DNA from: a candidate division TA06 bacterium | GTDB lineage: Bacteria > Edwardsbacteria > AC1 > EtOH8 | NCBI GenBank assembly: GCA_016235665.1 | Contig: JACRJI010000003.1 | Location: forward strand, 160,061-224,060 | Length of the DNA stretch: 64,000 nt | Direction: 5' to 3' | In this document: positions 57,518 to 64,000 of the stretch, piece by piece | Numbering within the stretch: the first letter of the stretch is position 1 | Layout of the letters: each line of letters starts with the position of its first letter | Notes under the pieces: model-generated | What the model was told of the DNA's origin: nothing | What the model saw: only the letters and a program-made list of their open reading frames with translations | Databases searched by the model: none | Program-made: the position numbers and the translations under genes

Positions 57518-58270
57518 ATGCCACTGACATTTGAAGAACAACGCTACGAGGTTGAGCATAATCTGGGTTCTCAATATACCCGTCACCAGCTTTCAAAACT
57601 GGCGGCTCTTAGAGGCGGCCGGGTGCTGGACATTGGCTCCCAGACGGCGGATAATTTGGAACCCTTTGAACGGCACGTTCTGTTCGGATTTGACATAGAG
57701 TTTACCAGGGAAGCCAGCCAGCGCAAGAAAAACGTAATATTTGCCAGCGCCACCGTCACCGCCATACCTTTCAAGGATTGTTCTTTTGATGTGATATTGA
57801 TGAACCATGTGCTGGAGCATATCCCTGATGAGGATCTGGCCCTGCAAGAGGCCAAAAGGGTCCTAAAGAATGACGGTTTGCTTTGGCTGGCTTGCCCCAC
57901 CTCATACTCCGGAAAGCTAAAGCCCGGCGAAGCCGAGAGGCACGGGCACGTCAGGGCCTATAACCGAAGATCGCTGATCATGGCGGCTCAAAAGCATTTG
58001 GCCGTTTGCGGCGCTCAAAACCCCGGCAGGGTATTGTGGGCATATCACCATCTGCTGCTGCCGTTTTTTGTATACGTCAACCGGGTCCAAATGAAACTGC
58101 TGGGCGATAAAAAACTGCTTTGGCAAAGATGGTGGATGATAAAAGTGATGAACCCTTTGGTAAGGTGGGTGTCTTTTCCTCTTGAAGACCTGATGGCACC
58201 TATTCCTTGGTGGCCCGGAGACTTATTTTTTGACGGCAATACGGCCTTGATTCTGCGTAAAAATGAATAA
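57518..58270 (+). CDS. Class I SAM methyltransferase (Methyltransf_11-like)
   Basis: VLDIG, PF.D.SFD, HVLEHI, RVLK; GGGAG SD before ATG 57518. Confidence 0.85.
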   Translation: MPLTFEEQRYEVEHNLGSQYTRHQLSKLAALRGGRVLDIGSQTADNLEPFERHVLFGFDIEFTREASQRKKNVIFASATVTAIPFKDCSFDVILMNHVLEHIPDEDLALQEAKRVLKNDGLLWLACPTSYSGKLKPGEAERHGHVRAYNRRSLIMAAQKHLAVCGAQNPGRVLWAYHHLLLPFFVYVNRVQMKLLGDKKLLWQRWWMIKVMNPLVRWVSFPLEDLMAPIPWWPGDLFFDGNTALILRKNE

Positions 58271-59276
58271 TCGCAAAAAAGATAAATCTCAGCAGGAGTG
58301 GCTGGGACAACTCCTCCCCCAATATTTAACCCGTCGTTTAGCCTGTACCAATTGTCTGGGCAAGCTCCGGAGCAATTTGGGCAAGTTTGAGTGCCTGGAA
58401 TGCGGCCAAAAATTTGAAATTCAAGACAGCGTGCCGGTATTTTGGAATTCTTCCGACGAGTTCAAACACTTGGAATCAGATTATTATGGACGTGAGGCTA
58501 TTTCCCCCAGCGAATCAAGCGTCTTCAGAAATTATTACCGCTTTACTAAATATGAACGGAAGATAAAAGAAAAAGCCATCTCTTTTTTAAAGCCGCACAG
58601 CCTGATACTTACCCTGGGCGGCGGGGACGGCAGGCACGGGGTATCTTTATGTCAAATGGGGCATGAGGTTTTGGAAACTGATCTAGCTCCCAGGGCCGGT
58701 TTTGCGGCCGCAGTAAAATTCCGGGAAGCTAATTGTAAGCATCCCTGGGCGGTGGCGGCTATTGACGCTGAACAGATACCGTTTGAAGCTGAGACCTTTG
58801 ATGCCGTATACATCTGCGCCGCTCTGCACCAGATGCCGGAGCGGTATAAAGTGGCGGAACAGGTTGGCAGGGTTTTGAAAAAAGGCGGCGTGTTTATTAT
58901 GGCGGCCGAACCCAATGCCTGGTTTTACAAGATCCTCAGGCCATTGGCTCAATTGATGGGGATACGCTCCAAGCAGTTGTGGGGCCAATCAGTGGGCGAT
59001 GAGGCCAACCGGGGAGTGAGTTATATCGATATCGTGAGGTTCTGCGAGAGGGCCGGGCTTGAGCCGTTATATATTCAGCCCAAGTTTTTTTTAACCGGAT
59101 TGCTGTATCAAAGCACCGAAGCTTTTTACAGGTTGCTTCATAAAGATCACCGGGATCGTCTTGGCACCAGGCAGTGGGAAGTGGAACTGTTGACCAGGAT
59201 GGATTTTATAATCGGGCTTTTGCCGGGTATTCAAAGGTATCCGTTTTACTGGACAGTGGTGGCAAAAAAAACATAA
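58263..59276 (+). CDS. Methyltransferase with Trm112-like N-terminus
   Basis: LACTNC...C.EC...F.I...VPV; LGGGDG; DAE.IPF; RVLK.GG. Confidence 0.83.
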   Translation: MNNRKKDKSQQEWLGQLLPQYLTRRLACTNCLGKLRSNLGKFECLECGQKFEIQDSVPVFWNSSDEFKHLESDYYGREAISPSESSVFRNYYRFTKYERKIKEKAISFLKPHSLILTLGGGDGRHGVSLCQMGHEVLETDLAPRAGFAAAVKFREANCKHPWAVAAIDAEQIPFEAETFDAVYICAALHQMPERYKVAEQVGRVLKKGGVFIMAAEPNAWFYKILRPLAQLMGIRSKQLWGQSVGDEANRGVSYIDIVRFCERAGLEPLYIQPKFFLTGLLYQSTEAFYRLLHKDHRDRLGTRQWEVELLTRMDFIIGLLPGIQRYPFYWTVVAKKT

Positions 59277-59292
59277 AGAGGTTGAACGCAAC

Positions 59293-59916
59293 ATGCCGTC
59301 GAGCCGATACGAACACATCTCGGATGTCATCTCCATTATTTCCCATCTGGGCTACCAGAGCTTTCTGGATATTGGCTGCGGCTTTGGCCGCTGGGGTTTT
59401 TTGGCCCGGGAGTTCGGAGACATTTATCACGGCCGCTACCAAAAACAAAATTGGCTGGTTAGGATAGAAGGGGTGGAGGTTCACCGGGATTATCTTTGCC
59501 CCCAGCACGAGCATGTTTACGATAAGATACACTTGGGCAAGATTGAGGATAAGCTTCCGGAGCTTCCCAATTATGACATAATATTTGCCGGCGATGTCCT
59601 GGAGCATCTGGAGAAAAGTGCGGCCAGCAATGTCATCGGAGATCTTTTCAGTAAGGCCAACAAAGCGTTACTGGTAGCCATTCCACTGGGTGAGGACTGG
59701 GGCCAGGGCGAGGTTCTGGATAATCCGCATGAGAGGCATAGGTCTGTTTGGAGCGAAAGCGATCTGAAAAAACTCGGGGCCAGGATGGTAAAAATATACT
59801 ACCTTCCTCAAGGATCGCTTTATGCCCTGGCGGTGTGGGCAAAACCAGGATTCAAACTGCTGCCGGCGGTCCGGCTGCAGAACAGAATTAAATGCAAGAT
59901 GGGAATAAGATCTTGA
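59293..59916 (+). CDS. Class I SAM methyltransferase
   Basis: LDIGCGFG.WG, GDVLEH, NP.E.H.S.W. Confidence 0.85.
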   Translation: MPSSRYEHISDVISIISHLGYQSFLDIGCGFGRWGFLAREFGDIYHGRYQKQNWLVRIEGVEVHRDYLCPQHEHVYDKIHLGKIEDKLPELPNYDIIFAGDVLEHLEKSAASNVIGDLFSKANKALLVAIPLGEDWGQGEVLDNPHERHRSVWSESDLKKLGARMVKIYYLPQGSLYALAVWAKPGFKLLPAVRLQNRIKCKMGIRS

Positions 59917-61097
59917 GGAATGTTCCGCTGGAGCAATTGAAAAAAGTCATATTGGCCACATCCAGTCCGCTGGGGCAGGAGGCGATAGGCAAAGTGGCTC
60001 AGCATCTCGCCGAAGGGCTGGCCCAGGCCGGCTTACTGTTGAGGTTTTTTCATATCGATGGCCAGCCATTAAAAAATAGCATCAAAAATTCCCGGGCCAT
60101 TGCACCAGTCCGCATTCCCGTTTTGGGCCGGTTTGACTGGGGCCGGAAACTGTTGCTTTCCAGACAAGAGGCATTTTATCAAAAGAAAGTGGCACAGGAG
60201 ATTTGCAGGGGAGAGTCTGGTCTTTATTACGGTTGGGTATTGCAGTCCCAGAAATCATTAGAAGCCTGCCGCTCCCAGGGAATAAAATCAGTACTGGAAT
60301 GCGGCATGATCTATCCCCCCGCCTTTCGGGATCTGCTGGCAGCCGAATTCCAAAGATACAACATTCCGCTTCCCTGGCACCTCGGACCAAAAAGAGTGAC
60401 AGACAGCCTGTACGAACTTGGCTTGGCCGATATCATAGCCGCACCGTCACAATTGGTGGTGGATTCATTCATCGCCAGCGGTTTCGAACCGGATAAATTT
60501 CTGATAATGCCGCCGGGTGTTGATTGCGATTACTTTCATCCTTCAGCTGTTCAGGGAACCAAGGAACCCTGGGCCCTGTACATCGGCCGTTTGGAACTGG
60601 CCAAGGGTGTCCATCATCTGATTACGGCCTGGCAGAGGGTTAAAAAGCCGGGTCGCAGGCTGGTACTCATTGGCAATTTGCAGCCTTGCTTAAAAAACTG
60701 GCTGGACGCTAATCAGCAGATGTTGGATGCCAGCGTGGAGTTGGCAGGGGTTAAAACCGACCTCAGACCATACTTTGAAAAGGCCAGGTTTACAGTGCTG
60801 CCCTCGCTGGCCGATGGATTTGGGATGGCTGTCATGGAAGGAATGGCGGCCGGCCTTCCCGCCATCGTCACTGAAAACTGCGGGGTGAAATCTGCCATTG
60901 ATGATGGCAAAAGCGGGTGGATAGTGCCGGTGGCCGACACGGGCTTATTGGCCCAGAAAATGGGGGTTTTGTTTTCGGATGCAGAACTTTGTTTGCATCT
61001 GGGGAAAAATGCCCGGACTCGGGCGCTGGATTATTCCTGGCACAATTTCAAGGATAAAGCAGTGGAGCTTATCCTTCCGTATCTCCGCAAAAAATAA
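59892..61097 (+). CDS. GT4 glycosyltransferase
   Basis: PGVD, GR....KG, DGFG...MEGMAAGLP; start uncertain. Confidence 0.87.
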   Translation: MQDGNKILRNVPLEQLKKVILATSSPLGQEAIGKVAQHLAEGLAQAGLLLRFFHIDGQPLKNSIKNSRAIAPVRIPVLGRFDWGRKLLLSRQEAFYQKKVAQEICRGESGLYYGWVLQSQKSLEACRSQGIKSVLECGMIYPPAFRDLLAAEFQRYNIPLPWHLGPKRVTDSLYELGLADIIAAPSQLVVDSFIASGFEPDKFLIMPPGVDCDYFHPSAVQGTKEPWALYIGRLELAKGVHHLITAWQRVKKPGRRLVLIGNLQPCLKNWLDANQQMLDASVELAGVKTDLRPYFEKARFTVLPSLADGFGMAVMEGMAAGLPAIVTENCGVKSAIDDGKSGWIVPVADTGLLAQKMGVLFSDAELCLHLGKNARTRALDYSWHNFKDKAVELILPYLRKK

Positions 61098-61287
61098 TAG
61101 ATGAGTCATAATAGTTGCCGGACTGATAACCGGGCCGGGCAGCATCTGGTAAGCCAGGGCTTTGACACCGGGCGAATAATACACGCTTAGAGGAAAAATG
61201 CAATCTGTATGGGAACAGGGATTTTGTCTGGCTATAAAAAACAGCTAAAGACGATTTGATGCTGAAAACCGAAAATAATTATATCCA

Positions 61288-62745
61288 ATGAGCAGAGCGA
61301 TTGCCCAGAAAGCCGTGAGCGGCACATTGTGGGTGGCCGGGGCCAACTATATCCGCTTTGCGGTGACGGCAGTAGCCTCGATCATTACCGCCAGGCTGGT
61401 GGCGCCGGAGGCTTTCGGCCAGTATGCCATGGCCGGAGTATTCGTTTTTTTTGCGGCCCGTTTTCAGATGCTGGGATTTGACGAAGCCTTGGTGCACCAG
61501 CCCAACCCTGTTGCCGCCCATTACTCCACCCACCGGCTTTTGAACCTAGGCATTTATTCGGCCATATTATCACTGGCTGTGCCAGGCACCTGGCTGGTGG
61601 CAAAATTCTACGGCCAGACCGTGGGACTGATATTCATCGCCTTAATGGCTGCCAGCGGATCGGCCATATTTTCCCTGACGCCCAGTGTCATATTGCAAAA
61701 AACGATGATGTACAAGGAGATCGCCCTAATCGCCCTGGCTTCCTGTTTGATTTCATCCGGGCTGATGGTTTTTACCGCCTGGTTGGGATGGGGACCCTGG
61801 GCATTAGTGGCGGGAACCGTATCCGGTATTGTGGTAGGATTGGTTGGGAACCTGCTGGTCTGCCCTTTTTCCATAGGGTGGGAATACGACAAAAATATTA
61901 AGAACTGGTTCTTAAGTTACGGCCCTTACTGGCGCTGGTTTTTGGGAATGAGCGCCCAGTCCCTGTCACAGCAGTTTGACAGTTTTACGGTGGGAACAGT
62001 CCGGGGCAACACCGAGCTTGGTTTCTACAGTAAAGCCCTGAATTGGGCGAACCTGCCGACCACCCAGGTGGCCCACGTAATCGCCTCCACAGCCTTTCCC
62101 ACCTATTCCCGCCTGCAAAATAACAGGCCGGCGCTTTCCCAGGCATATCAGAAAGTGCTCTCAGCTGTTTTTCGCATCTCGCTGTGGATCGGACTGGGGA
62201 TGGTGTTTTGCGCCCATGAGGGAACCATTGTTCTGATCGGTGAACGTTGGTTGCCCATAGTAAATATTTTACGCTGGCTGGCTCTGATGATGCTGCTGCG
62301 GCCATTCTACGATCTGGCCGGCGGTTTGCTGGCGGCAGTGGGCCGTCCCAAGGCGGCCATGGATGCCCTGATCTGGCAGGGGGGCTGGATGGTACTGACC
62401 TGTTTTCCCTTTGTTTATCTTTGGGGTAAAGAGGGCGTGGCCATGTGTGTGGCAGTTTCTTCGGCCGTCGGGATCATAGTGGTTTACCGCCAAGTGGTGA
62501 AGGAAGTGGATCTGAATTTCGGTAAAATATTATTAAATCCGGCCCTGGCCGCCGGTGCCGGGCTGGCACTTTCGATGTTGGCGTATCTTCCCAAAACAGA
62601 TTCTCTATTGGTGTTGCTGATATTAAAGGCTGGTTTTTTGTCAATAGGGTACTTGCTTGTCATCTGGCTTTTGGAAAAAGACGAATGGATGGATTTTTGG
62701 CACAAATACATCAGGCCGGCTAAGGCCGAAATGGAGAGTGCTTGA
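61288..62745 (+). CDS. WzxC-like flippase
   Basis: ARLV.PE.FG, LGFY..A, FP..SRLQ, G.RW; multi-TM. Confidence 0.88.
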   Translation: MSRAIAQKAVSGTLWVAGANYIRFAVTAVASIITARLVAPEAFGQYAMAGVFVFFAARFQMLGFDEALVHQPNPVAAHYSTHRLLNLGIYSAILSLAVPGTWLVAKFYGQTVGLIFIALMAASGSAIFSLTPSVILQKTMMYKEIALIALASCLISSGLMVFTAWLGWGPWALVAGTVSGIVVGLVGNLLVCPFSIGWEYDKNIKNWFLSYGPYWRWFLGMSAQSLSQQFDSFTVGTVRGNTELGFYSKALNWANLPTTQVAHVIASTAFPTYSRLQNNRPALSQAYQKVLSAVFRISLWIGLGMVFCAHEGTIVLIGERWLPIVNILRWLALMMLLRPFYDLAGGLLAAVGRPKAAMDALIWQGGWMVLTCFPFVYLWGKEGVAMCVAVSSAVGIIVVYRQVVKEVDLNFGKILLNPALAAGAGLALSMLAYLPKTDSLLVLLILKAGFLSIGYLLVIWLLEKDEWMDFWHKYIRPAKAEMESA

Positions 62746-63860
62746 TGCGTATCCTTTTTATAAATTGGAGCCGGGTGGAATACGGGGGGGGCGAAAAACA
62801 TCTGCTGGCCTTGGTCAAGGAAATGAAAAATATGGGGATTGAACCAAGGCTGCTTTGCCCCCCTCAAAGCCCATTAGCGCAAAAGGCTGCTGAAGCTGGA
62901 ATTAATGTATCGGAGATCTGTCTGGATTTTTTTAAAAAAGGCGAACCCCTGCCATATATACGCTCGGTGATTTCGATATCTAAGGAAGTAAAGAAGTTTA
63001 AGCCTGACCTGATACACGCTCAAGGAGCCAACTCACTGCATTGGCTGATGCCTTTTGCTTTATTTGGCAAGATTCCCATATGCTGCAAGCTCCAGGATTT
63101 TGAAGTATCTAACCGGTTTTCCCTTTGGGCCTTGCGTAAGATCCCCGTGGTTTTTACAGATTCGGAGGCTCTAAGAAAACGCGTCATTCTGACTTACAAA
63201 ATCAATGGAAATAAATGCTTGACCATAAGGCCGGGCATTGAACCTTTGACGGAAGCCGCTGCTGAACCGGTCCGGGCCATGCGGAAACGTCTGGGTTTGG
63301 GTCCAAGCGATATTGCCGTTGGCATCTGTAGCCGCATCCATCCCCGTAAGGGCCAGCATCTGTTCCTAAAAGCCGTGGATATTTTGAAGGAAGAAACCTC
63401 CATCAAATGGATCATAGCCGGGGACCGGGAAACGGCCGATCTCAATTACTTGGAGGAACTGGACACATTGATAAATAATTACAGGTTGGATTCCAGGGTG
63501 AGCTTCACTGGTTTTATTTCCGACCTGCCCGTATTCTTAAGCGCCTTGGACATAGTTACGGTTCCCTCGCAGGAAGAACCTTTTGGTTTGATCTCGATTG
63601 ATGCCCAAGCCCAATCCCGCCCGGTGATCGTTTCTAACCAGGGCGGATTGCCGGAGTCGGTGGAAGACGGCCTGACAGGGATCGTCATGCGGAAACTGGA
63701 TGCCATTGAACTGGCCCGCCAGGTGATGGTGCTGGCCAGCGATCCGGAGTATCGGCGCCGCATGGGGCGGGCCGGGCAGAAACGTATCGCCCAGGGGTTC
63801 ACCATCCGGCAAAATGCCTTGAAAATTATTGAGCAGTATAAAATATTGGCCGGGCCATGA
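62742..63860 (+). CDS. GT4 glycosyltransferase
   Basis: GGGE, KGQ, EPFG...DA....PVI, GG.PE. Confidence 0.9.
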   Translation: MMRILFINWSRVEYGGGEKHLLALVKEMKNMGIEPRLLCPPQSPLAQKAAEAGINVSEICLDFFKKGEPLPYIRSVISISKEVKKFKPDLIHAQGANSLHWLMPFALFGKIPICCKLQDFEVSNRFSLWALRKIPVVFTDSEALRKRVILTYKINGNKCLTIRPGIEPLTEAAAEPVRAMRKRLGLGPSDIAVGICSRIHPRKGQHLFLKAVDILKEETSIKWIIAGDRETADLNYLEELDTLINNYRLDSRVSFTGFISDLPVFLSALDIVTVPSQEEPFGLISIDAQAQSRPVIVSNQGGLPESVEDGLTGIVMRKLDAIELARQVMVLASDPEYRRRMGRAGQKRIAQGFTIRQNALKIIEQYKILAGP

Positions 63861-64000
63861 AAGTTCTTTTTGTTTGTCCGGCTTTCCCACCCAAGGTATG
63901 CGGAGTGGGAAACTATGCCGCTTTGTTGATCAAGGCCTTGACCGGCATGGGACTGGAGATTTCCCTTTTGACCGGAGACGATCCGGTGGATGCTAAGCAG
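63857..64000 (+). CDS. Glycosyltransferase N-terminus, truncated by the window edge
   Basis: MKVLFVCPAFPPKVCGVGNYA; ATGA overlap with the previous stop. Confidence 0.7.
   Translation, partial: MKVLFVCPAFPPKVCGVGNYAALLIKALTGMGLEISLLTGDDPVDAKQ

Overview
64 kb of a GC-rich, diderm (Tol-Pal, OmpA, lipoproteins) bacterial chromosome, probably from an anaerobe or microaerophile. No rRNA, tRNA, CRISPR array or intact transposase was seen. Left to right: (1) 0.2-5.6 kb, small envelope genes between two yjbQ paralogs, including a membrane protein with a Cys-Ala repeat tail. (2) An Rrf2 / 4Fe-4S protein / rubredoxin / cupin / hcp stress operon. (3) TPR, OmpA and hypothetical cassettes plus msrAB. (4) An uncharacterised six-gene YtkA-like / beta-barrel / lipoprotein / FMN-bind-like / MacB-type ABC operon. 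(5) rbfA-nrnA-nadK-[Ig/beta-propeller lipoprotein]-recN. (6) A truncated GIY-YIG gene and tolQR-[MTase]-tolA-tolB-pal-cpoB. (7) PMM, two TMTC-like GT-C/TPR genes, PHP, thiD, zupT and a BatA/vWA gene. (8) A >22 kb surface-glycan locus with two flippases, about eight glycosyltransferases and seven SAM methyltransferases. Main observations: a 21-bp palindromic operator shared (19/21) by the rrf2-hcp promoter and the promoter of the uncharacterised ABC operon, pointing to an undescribed Rrf2 regulon; at least six unrelated families of miniature palindromic repeats at gene junctions, some inserted in frame inside hcp and the Fe-S gene; a nested structured ~270-nt element; and an in-frame TAG inside a lipoprotein signal peptide. 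All family assignments come from motif recognition by eye, not database searches.
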